A stretch of DNA of 64,000 nt from Blepharisma stoltei ATCC 30299 (taxonomy: Eukaryota; Protista; Ciliophora), in NCBI GenBank assembly GCA_965603825.1, contig CBFDEM010000052.1, positions 124,001 to 188,000 of the forward strand. Reading direction: 5' to 3'. The notes below the pieces were generated by a model. The model worked only from the letters and a program-made list of their open reading frames with translations, was not told the origin of the DNA and did no database searches. Of this stretch, positions 50,749 to 63,624 are shown piece by piece. How positions within the stretch are numbered: position 1 is the first letter of the stretch; each line of letters opens with the position of its first letter. The position numbers and the translations under genes were made by a program.

Positions 50749-51750
50749 CTATCTAATTAATGATTTAACAGCTTTTTCACGGAGTCTGGATACTAAAAAG
50801 TACTTATTGGTCATTTCTTTCATGTTTCTGACGAAGGAATCTGCAGAAATTTTCCTTGTTTCGAAGAGCTTTCTGAGGAGTAAGAGGGTTTGCTCGTAAG
50901 CTTGTTCTTCGCTGACAAGTAAAAGTATTTGTTGATGGACTGGGATTTCTGGGGTGAGTTCTGATAAGCAATCCCATTCTTCTGAGGATTGGGCTGAACT
51001 TTTCATTTTCTGTTCGGCACCTTCTTGGGCTTTGAGGTCGATTTTGATGGTTTTGATAGCCTCTATAGCATTTTGTTTGAGACTCAAGAGCTCGTTTTTG
51101 TGGTGCATCAGTTGGTCTTTTTTCGAAATTAATTCTTGATTTTCTCTTGTTATGTCTAAGGATACCGTTCTGTAGAGCTGAATTAATCTGTCATTGCATT
51201 CTCTTATAGATGTAGTAGGCTCATAATTTTGAGGTTTAGGAGCTGGGCCTGTAGGAGCTGGTGCTGGAGCAGACTGATATTGAGGCTGAGGCTGAACTGC
51301 AGGCTTTTTATCACTTTGCTTAAAGACTGGGCATTCTTGGGAGAAAACTTTGCTTAACTCTGCAAGAACAGCACCTAAGCTTGAGTTCTTAATATTCCAG
51401 CTGGTTAGCAGAGGGTGTTTTACTCTTCCATCAGCTTCCACAAAGTTCCCTGCTTTGACAACCATTCTCTCTAATGGGACGACAAAAATAATAGGAGCTA
51501 CATGTGGGTAATACAGCGGAAGAATACAATTGATCAGAATGTTGTAATTTACACCTTTATATTGAATAGGGATTGTGCCTTCTAAGGAGCATTCGTTCGT
51601 AGGCTGATTTTGCTCAACTACACGTATCACACGAGGATTCAATTGAGGATTTTTGGTAATAATAGCAATTATATCGGTTTTGATTCTTTGACGAGAATCG
51701 ATTGGATAGTTGCATTGGAGGAGAATATTATCTACGGGATGTCTGTTCAT
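50749..51750 (-). CDS. TSG101: ESCRT-I subunit Vps23/TSG101
   Basis: UEV domain (LEGTIPIQYKGVNYNI..YPHVAP..GRVKHPLL.SW), Pro-rich linker, coiled coil, and steadiness-box-like end (QILLLVSEEQAYEQT..FVRNMKEM). Confidence 0.9.
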   Translation of the reverse strand: MNRHPVDNILLQCNYPIDSRQRIKTDIIAIITKNPQLNPRVIRVVEQNQPTNECSLEGTIPIQYKGVNYNILINCILPLYYPHVAPIIFVVPLERMVVKAGNFVEADGRVKHPLLTSWNIKNSSLGAVLAELSKVFSQECPVFKQSDKKPAVQPQPQYQSAPAPAPTGPAPKPQNYEPTTSIRECNDRLIQLYRTVSLDITRENQELISKKDQLMHHKNELLSLKQNAIEAIKTIKIDLKAQEGAEQKMKSSAQSSEEWDCLSELTPEIPVHQQILLLVSEEQAYEQTLLLLRKLFETRKISADSFVRNMKEMTNKYFLVSRLREKAVKSLIR

Positions 51751-52201
51751 TTATAAATATGGGATAAAAGTGAGCCAAAATTAGGATGAGGTGATAGATA
51801 TTGATATATATAAATTTTTTAAGAGTATTAACATAAAACATGATGACTTCCAAGCAAAGAATGAATATGAAATAATTCGGTAAAGTCAAGAGATAGATTT
51901 ATTATTAAAGTATATAAAATATTTTATGTCAGGTAACATTTAGTCTTGTTATTATTTCCCCATTTTGAATCTAATTTCAGACTTCTCTTATTGTGCCAAA
52001 AATATTTTTCAAATATTTTTTCTTATCTTTCATTATTTCTAAATATCTGAATCCGTTAAAATTTCTTATCCCTAACAATAAAACCTAAAAATATTTTTTT
52101 CCAAGCTTTTCAGTAATAAATCCTTCACCCTAAATTTTCATGATAAATTTTGCTCTATTTTTATCAAAAATCTGTTGGTAAATAAATAGTCGTTTTTTAA
52201 C

Positions 52202-53482
52202 ATGTATTGGCAACAACTTAAGCAAGCATCTGGCCGTCGAGTCGTCATCACTGGTATGGGTTTAGCAACTCCGATAGGAAATACTCTAGAAGAAGTATTT
52301 GCAGGCCTTATTCAAGGCAAATCTGGGATCCGTAAAATTCCTAAATCAAGATTCCCTGAGATAGACGAAATGCCAGTTGACATTGGTGGACTACTAGACG
52401 TGGATTTGGAAGAATGGTACCGAATTATGCCTAGTAATCGTACCCAACAAAATGCTTATGGCTTCATAGGTGCTTACAGAGCTATGATGGACTCCGGTTA
52501 TAAGCCACAAACGGAAGCAGAGAGAGAAAGGTTTGGCTGTATCATGGGGACTGGGACATCAACAGGCAGAAATATTTTTGGAATGTATGATAAGTTTTTC
52601 AGGGCTGGGGCTGCCATGAGTTCAGTGCATGGAGGGTATATAGAAGAAACCGATATTCATGGCTTAACGGCTGCTGTTAGCAAATACTTCCAGACAAAAG
52701 GGCCAGTTGGAACCTTAACAGCTGCATGCGCCACAGGTCAAGCAGTCATTCAAGAAGCCTATAGAAATATTTTGCTTGGAGAAGCTGACGTTGTAATAGC
52801 TGCAAGTGCTGAAAATGTCGTTATTCCTTATGGAGTTAGAGGGTTTACTACCTTAGGTGCCATTAATACCAAAGATAATGATAATCCAGAAGGCGCTCCT
52901 AGGCCTATGGATGAGAGCAGAGGTGGGCTTTGTGTAAGTGATGGCGGAGACGGGGTAATCCTTGAAGAACTTCAGCATGCTTTAAGAAGAGGTGCAAAAA
53001 TATATGGTGAATTTAAAGGATTTTCTATGAACTGTGATGGATACCATTTAACAAGACCTACTGCAGAAGGAGAAGGAATATATAGAACTATGTCTAACAG
53101 CATCCAAATGGCAGGACTTGATCCTTCTGAAATCACACTTGTTCATGCACACGCTGCAGGAACTAGAGAAGGAGATCTTGCTGAAATGGTCGGAATTGAC
53201 AGGCTATTTGGAGACATTAACCCTTATATCACTGGATGCAAAGGAAATACTGGACATATGATGTGCACAGTTGGTACTTTCCATGCTATTGAAAGTCTTT
53301 TGAGTATCACACATGGAATTATACCACCTATTAAAAATCTTAAAAATCCTATTACAGTTAACGGAAAAATGCTGAATTATGTAAGAGAGCCAGTCTATAC
53401 AAATGTAAGAAACGTTGTTATGAACAATGTAGGATTCGGAGGAATCAATAGCTCTTTGGTTGTGTCGAAATATGAGCCTTAA
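52202..53482 (+). CDS. 3-oxoacyl-ACP synthase (FabF/OXSM-type ketosynthase)
   Basis: RRVVITGMG, TAACATG (Cys), HAHAAGT and KGNTGH (His), GFGGINSSLV. Confidence 0.92.
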   Translation: MYWQQLKQASGRRVVITGMGLATPIGNTLEEVFAGLIQGKSGIRKIPKSRFPEIDEMPVDIGGLLDVDLEEWYRIMPSNRTQQNAYGFIGAYRAMMDSGYKPQTEAERERFGCIMGTGTSTGRNIFGMYDKFFRAGAAMSSVHGGYIEETDIHGLTAAVSKYFQTKGPVGTLTAACATGQAVIQEAYRNILLGEADVVIAASAENVVIPYGVRGFTTLGAINTKDNDNPEGAPRPMDESRGGLCVSDGGDGVILEELQHALRRGAKIYGEFKGFSMNCDGYHLTRPTAEGEGIYRTMSNSIQMAGLDPSEITLVHAHAAGTREGDLAEMVGIDRLFGDINPYITGCKGNTGHMMCTVGTFHAIESLLSITHGIIPPIKNLKNPITVNGKMLNYVREPVYTNVRNVVMNNVGFGGINSSLVVSKYEP

Positions 53483-53792
53483 TAAGATTTATTCTTATAT
53501 TAACTAGAATTTAATTCAAATTTATTTTACAATTTTATATCTTTATTCTTAAATAAATAAACCAATTTTCAATTTTTCTAATAAAACCCCAAAAATAAAC
53601 GTTTTATAACGAATATAGCAAGAAACGGTCATCAATTATACAGGGATCTAGAATATGCATTTATATTTTTTTCCTTTAAAATCTCTGATCAATTTTTTCC
53701 TGTTTTTTATTTAAATCTTTTCACTGACATTTAAATTTGGCTTAATTCCCATATTGTGCACAGTTTCACATTTTTATAACCAAATTTCACAT

Positions 53793-54572
53793 ATGAGACA
53801 CAAAAGGTCCAGTCACTCCAAGCCAAGGAGGTCCAAAACTGATAGCCTGAATTCCCTACCACAAAAAGATAAATTAGGAAAAAGGCGACCTTGGACACCT
53901 AAGGAGGATGATGCAATTCAAAGGCTTGTACATGAGAATGGGACAAAGCAATGGACCGTAATATCAGAAAAACTAAACCAGTTATTTAGTTTTCCTGGTA
54001 GAACTGGCAAACAGTGTCGGGAACGTTGACACAATCATCTGAACCCGGGGATAAATAAAGATGATTGAAGTTTAGAAGAAGAGTTGATTTTATTTGAAAA
54101 CCATGAAGGCCTTGGCAATAAATGGGCAGAAATTTCAAAATTCCTGCCTGGAAGGACCGATAATTCAATTAAAAATCACTTTTACTCGACACTCAGAAAA
54201 CAATACAGGAGATTAAAGGGTAGCGATGGCACCAGAGAGCAGCTGAGGAAGCACGACAAACAGCTCACAATGAGCATTCTGGCAGCACTACACAAAAAAA
54301 ATCGCCAGAAAAGGGCAAATTCATTCGCCAAGGCTAAAGAGGAGTTTTATGGGAATGACGAAAATATGATAGAGTCCCCACCAAGCTTGCCAGATTTGCC
54401 ACTGGAAGAGACGGATTTTATTATTACAGGCCATCAAATACCACTCCCACCGCCTGTATCTCCTGTGTACTTTGAGGAAGCTCCAGTAGAATTCGTATGG
54501 ACAGATGACCCGTTTATATCAGACGAGGTGTTCCTGATGCCATACAATTCTCAAGATGAGCTCTTCATGTAG
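53793..54572 (+). CDS. R2R3-type Myb DNA-binding protein
   Basis: WTPKEDD, RTGKQCRER(W)HNHL, (W)SLEEE, GNKWAEISKFLPGRTDNSIKNHFYS; two invariant Trp encoded by TGA (54027, 54066). Confidence 0.95.
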
Positions 54573-54717
54573 ACTTATTGTATGGATAATTAAGTAAATT
54601 CAATTATTCTTCATATTTAAAAAGCTATAGAGTTTTAGCGACTATCTTTATGAGTTTTAAGTGTAAAAAATAAATAAATATTGAGATAATTCTAAATAAT
54701 TAAGCTATTTTTAAAAA

Positions 54718-55236
54718 TTAATTCAAATTATTAGTATTGGCGCATTGAATTTGCTTATTTATTGGCTCTTTCACTACCAAAACTCCTGCTGCCAATTTAA
54801 AAACAGGAGTTTCATTAGAAGCTGTAAGTAATCTATTTTCCAATGAATGAACATTTTTACTTTTATCCTCATCCTCCTCATCTTTTGTGGATAATCTTTT
54901 TAATTGCTTTTCTAGTCTTCTCCTTTCTCTATGTCTTTTCTTCTTTTCTTGTGCATGAGGATTAAAAATCTGTTTTTTCTGCTCAGGTGTAATATTTCGC
55001 CTTAATAAAAGCAGAAAAACACCTCCCAAAGTCCGTTTTTCTCCATCCTTTTTTAATAATATGCTATTATCTTTTACATTAAAGGTCTCTTCTAATAAGT
55101 TTATTGCAAAATCTCCTCCCATAACAGTGGTGACTCCATGAATTAACTCTTTTTCTTTTTCTTTCAATATTTCACATATCTTTTCAAATAATAAAGGATC
55201 AGTCGCAAATAAATTGTGGAGTTGGGCTTGACTCAT
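54718..55236 (-). CDS. PHAX RNA-binding-domain protein
   Basis: ICEILKEKEKELI..LLEET..DGEKRTLGGVFLLLLR matches the PHAX RRTPGGVF signature. Confidence 0.8.
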   Translation of the reverse strand: MSQAQLHNLFATDPLLFEKICEILKEKEKELIHGVTTVMGGDFAINLLEETFNVKDNSILLKKDGEKRTLGGVFLLLLRRNITPEQKKQIFNPHAQEKKKRHRERRRLEKQLKRLSTKDEEDEDKSKNVHSLENRLLTASNETPVFKLAAGVLVVKEPINKQIQCANTNNLN

Positions 55237-55376
55237 TATTATGGGGATCTGAATTTCTTTTTTAATCTAAAATTTAAACATCTAAATGGGGAATTTTTTA
55301 TTAGATTTTTAATATAATTTTCACGTCTACTTCTCAAATTAGTAGATAATTAATAGCCTATTTATAATTTAATTAA

Positions 55377-56825
55377 ATGGCAGATGCTCAAGTAGTTGAT
55401 CCTGTTGATGCATTCCTCACCTTCCATACATCAATAATTTCAAACCCTACAGAAAGTTCAGCTGACAACCCTTCCCAAAGCACAAACGAAGAGACTTCCA
55501 GCGGCAGATTACTTCATGAACTCAGAGCCAAGCTCAGTATTTACCATCATATTACCAATTCAGACAAAGAAGTCATCTTGCAAAGCCTCGAAAAGCTTAG
55601 CAAAATTGAAAGCATTGGGACTGATTTCCGTGTTTTAAAATACATAGAAATCGGCAAAGCCTGCGACTGGATCGAAGCCACAAACGATGTTTTAGGAATG
55701 GCGAAATTTGTAGAAGGCACAGTCGGAAGCGAAGATAAAGAAACACCAAAAAAAATGCTTTGGTTTATCAGCAAGATGAATATTGTCAGTGAAGTTCTAA
55801 AGCAGAGGGTTGAAAAACTGATCGCTCTATTTGGTATTGAAGACCCAAACCCTCCACCTCCTCCAATCCCTCCTGAAGAAGAAAAAGATAAAGTATTGAT
55901 AGTAAACCCTCATACAGAAATTGACATCAATAGAGACCACCCAATTTACTGCATGCAAAGAGGTTTTTCAAAAGATATAACAACGATCATATGGAAAGGG
56001 AAAATTAAAAGCACTGGGGCTGAGGTTGCCATTAAAATGTATAAAAGTAAAAACGAAGCAAAAGTAAGAAAATATGAAAGCGAAGGCCAAATTATGCAAA
56101 CTCTGAACAGAAGGCACCCAGTATTCTTGGACTATTATGGGATGTTTTATGAAAGTGTCATGGAAGGCAGTGAGCAGTATCATCATTTGTATCTAGTTAT
56201 GGAGCTTTGTGAATGCTCTCTCATGGATGATATGTCACTCCGCGCTGGGTCTCAGCAATATTATATAAGCGAAGATACCTATTTTAACTATGTTCAAAAT
56301 CTTTTGGAGGGCTTCATAATTCTTGAAGGATTAAAAATTTATCATCAAGACATAAAGCCTCATAATATTTTTATTTCTAAAAGTGGGCAGCTCAAAATTG
56401 CGGATTTCAACATTTCATCATTTGCAGATGCCCCCGAATCTACATGAATGACTACCAATTCACAAATTATACAAGGAACAGAAGGCTATATGGCTCCAGA
56501 GCTTCAAATTGCAATGGATAATATGAAAAACGACCCTACAGCTCCAAGGAACATAAAATATAAACGTGGAAAAGCTGATGTTTATTCTTTAGGATTGACA
56601 TTCCTGCAGCTTTACTTTTTGCAGCCTATCATAGGTATTAATAAATGCTTTGATCAAAATTATATGAATAATTACTTGGATCACTATAATCCTCCCCAAG
56701 TTTCTAATATGCTAAAAGGGATGCTTACTATTGATCCGAAAAAGAGGTTTAACTTTAAGAAGGCACTGGCTACATTAAGGACCCCTCATGACAGCCAAGA
56801 CTTTCCAACTGCCCCAGATCAATAA
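55377..56825 (+). CDS. Non-RD protein kinase with unknown N-terminal domain
   Basis: VAIK, HQDIKPHN, KIADFN, GTEGYMAPE, ADVYSLG; TGA 56445 lies in the activation segment. Confidence 0.9.
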
Positions 56826-57701
56826 TTTATGAATTTATTTTACTTAACTGTTAAATTAATTTTCTGTCTTTTCTACCTGACACCAAGTACTTTAGTGGAT
56901 TTCTGAACTGAATGTAGTTATTTCCTCAGTGCTTTAGCAGATCAAAAGCACTGATTAGTCGCAGTTGCATTTGGCGTTTTTACATTCTGTTAGCTATTTT
57001 TTCTTATCCTTTCTTTTATTATGATCTTATCAAATAAATTTTAAATACAAAAATTATATAAAATTTTAGATATTTAGCAATATCATTTTATCATTAATTA
57101 TTTATGGTTGATGTTTGTAATATCTTTCACTTCTGGTGTGATGGAAAATATTAGAGCTCCTTCCCTTAGTTCAGATATTTTTCTCTTTTTTATTATCTAA
57201 ATTAATTTCTTGAAATGGGCTGCTATTTAAATTTCCAAATTTTTTTAATTTTGTTTTAAAGAAAATCATGAAAATTTTACAAATGCTGCATCGAAAACAC
57301 CCATTTTTTTTTGAATAATATCGGATGTTTTAAGAAAACAAAAGAGAAGGTAGCGAAGAATTTTATATTTTGTGTCTGGCTATGAAGCTGTGAAATTCTC
57401 GAATGGGTAATATTTCACTCTTGGCAAAAGCTGGCAATATTATGTTCGCAACGGCAGCTATTATGCAATATCTAATAGCCTTTATTTCTTGAAAACTTAA
57501 AAATTTATTATCAAAATATAAATGTTTATCGTTTTTAGATCCCAATGACACTCAAGTCCTTATATATCATTCAATCTTTGGCAGCCCAGATGTGCATATG
57601 GACTCATTTTCCTGCATTCTCAAAGCTATATAAATGATTATTTGTACTAATTTTTAAAATATTCCAGAAGAATAATTTACGGATTTTATTTTACTTAGCT
57701 A

Positions 57702-60083
57702 TTACATTAATTTTCTGTATTTTCTACTAGATATTGAATACGTTGAAGGCCTTGTAGGCTGGGTGCTAGCAATTTCTTCAGCTTGTTGTCCAATCCCAAA
57801 CATCACTGTTTTAGTGGTTAAGAAGAATTTTGTATTTTCTACATTAATTTTGTTAGCTTTTCTTTCCATGCCTTTAATTTCTTTTAATTTATTTTTGACA
57901 TCTTTCATTTCTTGTAAAACAGCATTATTGCTAAGCCCACCTATTTCAATCTTTTTCGGTGGCGGACTTCTAAATTTTAAAATACTCTGAACTTCAGTGT
58001 ACAAACTATCATCATCTTTGTTATCTTTATGTGGACTTTTATATATAGCTAGCTCAAATTCGTCTTCTCCTCTATTTATTTTATCGTTTTTCTGTGCTTC
58101 ATTAATTTTTAAATTATTTTGAGATCCTTCAATAGATTCTTCTCGAGATAATTGGTCATTTTTTTTGGATTTTTGGTTTTTTGTGTCTTTTCTTTGAGAT
58201 TCTCGGTATTTTTTAATATCCAAAAGAGCTGATTTTTCTTGAAATTCATCAGTTTTAGCTGAACTTATATTTTTACTTGTCTGCCAAATTAAATCTCGAG
58301 TAATGTCACTTAAGCTCATGAATTGTTCTAGAAGTTTTAAATGAGCTTGCTGATTTAATTGTCAGATATTGTCTAATATATCTTTTGTGGACTGCTGGTC
58401 TTGAAAATAAGTATCAATTTGCTTTAGAGTTAAAAAATAGCAAATTATTGGATTACTTGTCAAAAATTTTGACAGTTTTTTACCATGCTTACGATCGAAA
58501 AAATATTGATTGTAAAGCTTAGAGACTTCTCCTGCGGATAATAAGGAATGAACTGTTGCGATTTCTCTTATAACAGGAGAAGCTTCTATATTGTCAGTCT
58601 TAAAAAAGTTATGAATATGCTTATTTGGCATCAATGTGTATCTTTTTTGCAAATTATTTCGTTTTCCTTTTCCACCTACAGGATTTCCAAACCCTTTCTT
58701 AAGGTCAGATATTATTTTTGTTGCTTTTTGGATCGTATAGCTGTCAAGCTCATTATTTTCGGAATATTTTGTGATTTTTGTAAACGAATTGCATAAAAAT
58801 GACCCAAAGTTTAAAACGAGAAAGAAAAGTTTTAATAAGCATTTTTCTATATCATGCAAATGGTCTGATTTGAAATTTATTAAATCTTTGTCATCCAATA
58901 TCATTTTTTTCTGGTTAAAAGTAGAAGAAAAAACTGATGGAGAGATCCCAATATTTTGGTCTGCTTTTAATAGTTCAAGCTGTTTAGAGATATCCATGCA
59001 AGCTTGATTTTTCTTTATTTCTTCAGCCGTTAGTTCTTGAAATAGCTCACTTAAAGATGATTCTTGAAATGACATCTCATTATAAACCTGAATAATATTT
59101 TTTATTGAAATTTCATCTAGAGGCTCTACAATTATAAGGGTTTCGTCATAATTTTTAATAATTTTCTTTATAATTTCTAGCTTTTCTCTATAGTTCACTA
59201 CTTTTTGGATATTTTCTTTTTCTTTTACTGAACTTCCTTCATACTTTTCAATTTCAAGCTTAAGAGTGGCTATCATTACTCGATAGTTTACTTTTTTTCT
59301 CTCAGAAATTATTGATTGCTGTCCTATGTTTTCAACTATTTCTGCTATTTCATTTCTAAGCTCGTCTCGGATTTTTGATTGGGCTTGGTATTTTTTATCT
59401 TGCTCAGCTTTGATATTTTTAGATAGGCTTATATAATTCGTAGTTTGATGATGAGCTAATATGAAATTATTCTTAGCCACAACTTTTGAACTATGGAGTT
59501 CATCATATTTTGGGTCAATTTCTTTTTGCAAGTTTATAGCTTCTTTCACCCTCTCTTTTCATATCTGCAAATTTTTCCATTCTTTAGCTTTCATTTCTTG
59601 TAACTCTTTTGTAACAAATGCTTCTTCAGACCTCCTCATGTCAATTTCGTGTAATCGTGACTTTAGTTCAGTAACTTCGTTTTCTAAAATATGTGTTGAG
59701 CTTTTTGGAGAAAGCAATGCAAATATATTTGAATTTTGATGCAAGTCTAGTGACTGTCTTGAAGAAGACGATTTCGACTTCACAGGGGTCGTACATCCAG
59801 TAAAAGATTGGCAAATTGATAAAAGTTCCCCAAGGCGTTCTTCTTTGTGCGAATTTTCATCAATCAATTCATCCAATGTAGTTTTGAGCTCAAAAACATC
59901 TTTTTGATTTTTTACTTCTTCTTCGATTTTTTCTTCAGAAACCAAGTATTCAGCATTTAAAATAGCATTTAATCGATTAGTATCAATCTCTGCATTCTCA
60001 TCACAGCTTTGTGCAGAATTCTGTCTATCATTTTCTACCACAGTTTTTTTAGTTCCACTCCTCACGTCATAGCTTGATTCCAT
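57702..60083 (-). CDS. Hypothetical coiled-coil protein (793 aa)
   Basis: Three ORFs in one frame joined at TGA 59559 and 58362. Confidence 0.8.
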
Positions 60084-60150
60084 TTATTTTAGTCTGATCT
60101 ACATATGAAACTAGCCTATTTTTATGCTAAAAATCTGCCTTAAATAATAA

Positions 60151-63100
60151 ATGGAAAGCTTTTCTTTTTACCAAGAAGCAATTCCTTGCTCAGGGATCTC
60201 AAACGCCCTTATTGGAAATTTTTCTTCAGAGAATTCTGAGCTTTTGGTAGCAAAAAATAATTTGCTGGAGCTTTACACATATGCCTGCCCACTTAGGCTG
60301 ATATGCAAATTTCCTTTACAAGGCGAAGTGGATTCCTTAACAAAACTGGCCCATTCTAGCTTTAAAACGGATTTAGTGATTATTGTTTGTAAAGAAGCCC
60401 AAATAACTACACTAATTTATAATGAAAAAGTGAATTCTTTTGAAATTGTCGCTTTGCATTCTTTTGAGAATGAAAAAGGCATCAAAGAAGTCAGGATCAT
60501 GCAGGATCCTGACAGCCGATGTGTGGCTGGGAAATTATTATCAAATAGAATGTTTGTAATTCCTGTAAAAAACATAAAAACTGTTGTAAAAGAAGAACAG
60601 TATACACATAGCTTGTTGGGAAATGAATATTATAAGCCAGTGTTTATCATTGATATCCCGATTTTCGCTAAAAGTATGGCAATGCTCAAAGGGTTTGTAG
60701 ACCCTGTGCTGGCTGTTCTTCATAGCCCAAAACCAATAGAGCTGGCCATGCATGTGAAATTTTTGAGCATTAATTTGAAGAAAAAAGAAGTGACATTGCA
60801 AAAAGAAGTGGGAGGGCTGCCTGGCGACTGTTTTACTTTGATTCCACTGCATGCACCTTTAAAAGGAGTTTTGGTACTTGGGCATAGGTCAATTCATTAT
60901 ATAGGAGAAAGCGCTCAGAGAGAGTCGAATATGAATTATTATCTTTATAATTCCACTTATGAATTTATAAACCCTCACAAGCTCTTATTATTGCTATGCA
61001 CAGGAGAACTTATTTTACTATCCCTAAATTATATGGAAAGAGATGATGGTTATATTCTTGACGACAAATCAGAAATAATTGAAAGCATCATCTCATTAGA
61101 ATTGCAGTGCCAATACAACGCTTATGATTCCCAGCTATTATTTGCAAACGAATTCTTATTTATAGCTTCCAAAATCCATGATTCCTTTCTATTTAAGCTC
61201 TCTAATCAACAAATAAAAGATGTGGATATGGACGAAGATGAAGAAATCAGAAAAAAAAAGCACGCTATAGCCCAGCTGAATTATTCAATTGAAAAATGTG
61301 ATGAACTTGTTGGGTTAAGCGGAGCTATATGTTCTTTAGCTGTTAAAAGAAACAGAAGTGATGGAGAAACTGTAAAAGAGCTTTTTGTCTGCCATGGCTA
61401 TGGCAAAAATAGCTATATTTCAAAAGTGAGTTTAACACTTCAGCCTTTTAAATATGAAACTTTTGACGAAGAAACTTTCCCTGATATACAAAAAATAGTC
61501 AGATTGTCCAGCATAAGTGCCCCAAGATCTAATAGAGATCTTTATATAATAATAAACAAGCAAGAAAAAGAGTCTAATATAACAGAATCCACTATTTTAC
61601 AGATAGATGAAAGTATTGAAGAAGTCAGTGACAATAAAGATTTTTTTACTGATAGAGAAACTGTAGGCGCTGGAAGAATAAATGAGGAAATTATTTATCA
61701 ATGTCACGCAGGCGGCTTAAGACTGCTAAATAATGAAGGTTTAATTATTAGAGATATTCAAAAAGCAGGAGTTTGGCAAGTTACTTCAGTAGATGAATAT
61801 TTAACATTTTTATTTGATGACGGGACTGTAGAAAGCTTTAAAATATATAGAGACAGAGAAGAAAAGCTGCCTAGTATTGAAGGACAAGGATTTTCAATTT
61901 CTATGTGTGATTTAAATAACGAAAAAATTATTGCCATAGCCAAATCTGATGGCGGCTTACAACTATTTAACGTTATTACAGGCAAACTCCTTCTATGAGC
62001 AAACCATGCATGTGAAGGCCCTGCAATCATAAATTCTGAAGAAACTTCTGATATTCCAATATCAGATCTTTCAAGAAAGGTGCAAAATTTTGCTCAGTTC
62101 GAGAATGCTTATATATCAGAGATTCACATTAGGGCTTTTGGAAATATTCTTGTGTTGTGTGGGATGGTAAATACAGGTGAAATTCTCATATATAAAAGTT
62201 TTGGAAATTTTAATTTCTCAAGGGTAACTTCTTCACTATTTTTAGGTCCAGCAGAATGGGATCATGATAGGCATTTTTTTTCTTTACCCCAAGGAATTTT
62301 TGTAGCGTGCAGCTCTAATAATTTTTTGGTTACTGTAAATCAGGAAAGAGATAGAGTTCATATTCACCCAAGCTTATTTAATGGGCAAATAAAAGCAATG
62401 TGCTCTTTTAATCATGCGGATTGTCCTAATGGATTTATATATAGAGAAAATGATATATTAGTCATAGGAAGATTTGAAGATTCTATTAGTGCTGCACTTA
62501 ACCAAGAAGTTCTTATGATAAGAAAAAATTGCTCGGAAACCCCTAGACACATAATTGAGTATGGAAATTATATAATTGTTTCTTTTTTTACTGATAAAGG
62601 CGAAATTCTTTATAATTTAAGAGTTTTTATGCAGAATGAAGAAACTGGTCTTACTGAGGTGAGCTCAGTCCAGCAATTTTCTGCAAATGAAATTATCCTG
62701 TCAATGTGCATTGTGAAATTTTCAAGAAAATTAAATCCACCTTTTGAGTATCTTGCTATAGGGACTGGAATGGCTGCGACTGAAGATACAACAACGCAAG
62801 GGAGACTTATTTTATTTGCTCTAGACCAGAATAAGCTTGTATATCAGCCCTTGCATAAGAAGCCTGGGCTAAAAGGTGCGATTTCTTCATTAGGAAATAT
62901 TGATGGGTATTTATTGGTAGGTGTTGGCTCAGAAATAAAAATATTTATATTTGTTGATGAGGAAGGAAAAGAGTGGTTGGAGCCGATTTCTTTTTATTAT
63001 GGCTATACGATGGCAACTGGGATGGATATAGAAAATAATATGATTCTGTGTACTGATACTATGAACCAAATGTATATACTTTCATATGAAGAAGCCAATA

Positions 63101-63624
63101 GCCAAAAGAACTTGCAATTAAAAGGTCAATATTTCCGCGAGCTATTCCCATTAGCAGCTTCATTTAACGCAAACCGCCAAGTAATTGCTGATGGTTTTCG
63201 AAATATCCATATTTTCTTATGCAGATCTGATTCTGATAAAATCGAGAAAGTTGGAGACTTGCATACAGGGCTAACAGTTTATACATTTGCTAAATGTGAT
63301 GAAGCTTTATTAATGATGAGCCAAGAAGGTGCAATTTCTGTATTGACAGCCACAAACGAAATGCTTTATAAAAAGATGCACACTTTACAAAACGCTTTAT
63401 TAGATGTGCTTCCATACAACGCTGGGCTTAATCCAAGAGGATATAGACTTTGCTCGACTCAAGAAAGAGAAAGGCAAAGGAAAAGTGTGCTAGATTTGAC
63501 ACTTGTCTTTTCTTTTTGCTATTTGTCAGCACCTTTGCAGAGAATGATTGCAAGGAATATTGGAACGACCCCACACAATATTTTAAAGGAAATGCAAGAA
63601 TTAAAAACTCATCATTTTATTTAA
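60151..63624 (+). CDS. CPSF1: Cleavage and polyadenylation specificity factor subunit 1 (CPSF160)
   Basis: IVALHSFE, DPDSRC, CHGYGKN, FNHADCPNGFIY, AGLNPRGYR, IARNIGTT; single TGA at 61996. Confidence 0.9.

Noticed and set aside
52070-52077. CCCTAACA heterotrich telomere unit
   Set aside because: Single copy, no tandem array; expected by chance.
54027-54068. TGA as selenocysteine or cysteine
   Set aside because: TGA occupies invariant Trp columns and aligns with TGG in paralogs.
57363-57551. 62-aa minus-strand ORF in the 56.8-57.7 kb gap
   Set aside because: Non-ATG start and no recognisable motif; may be a relic but cannot be supported.
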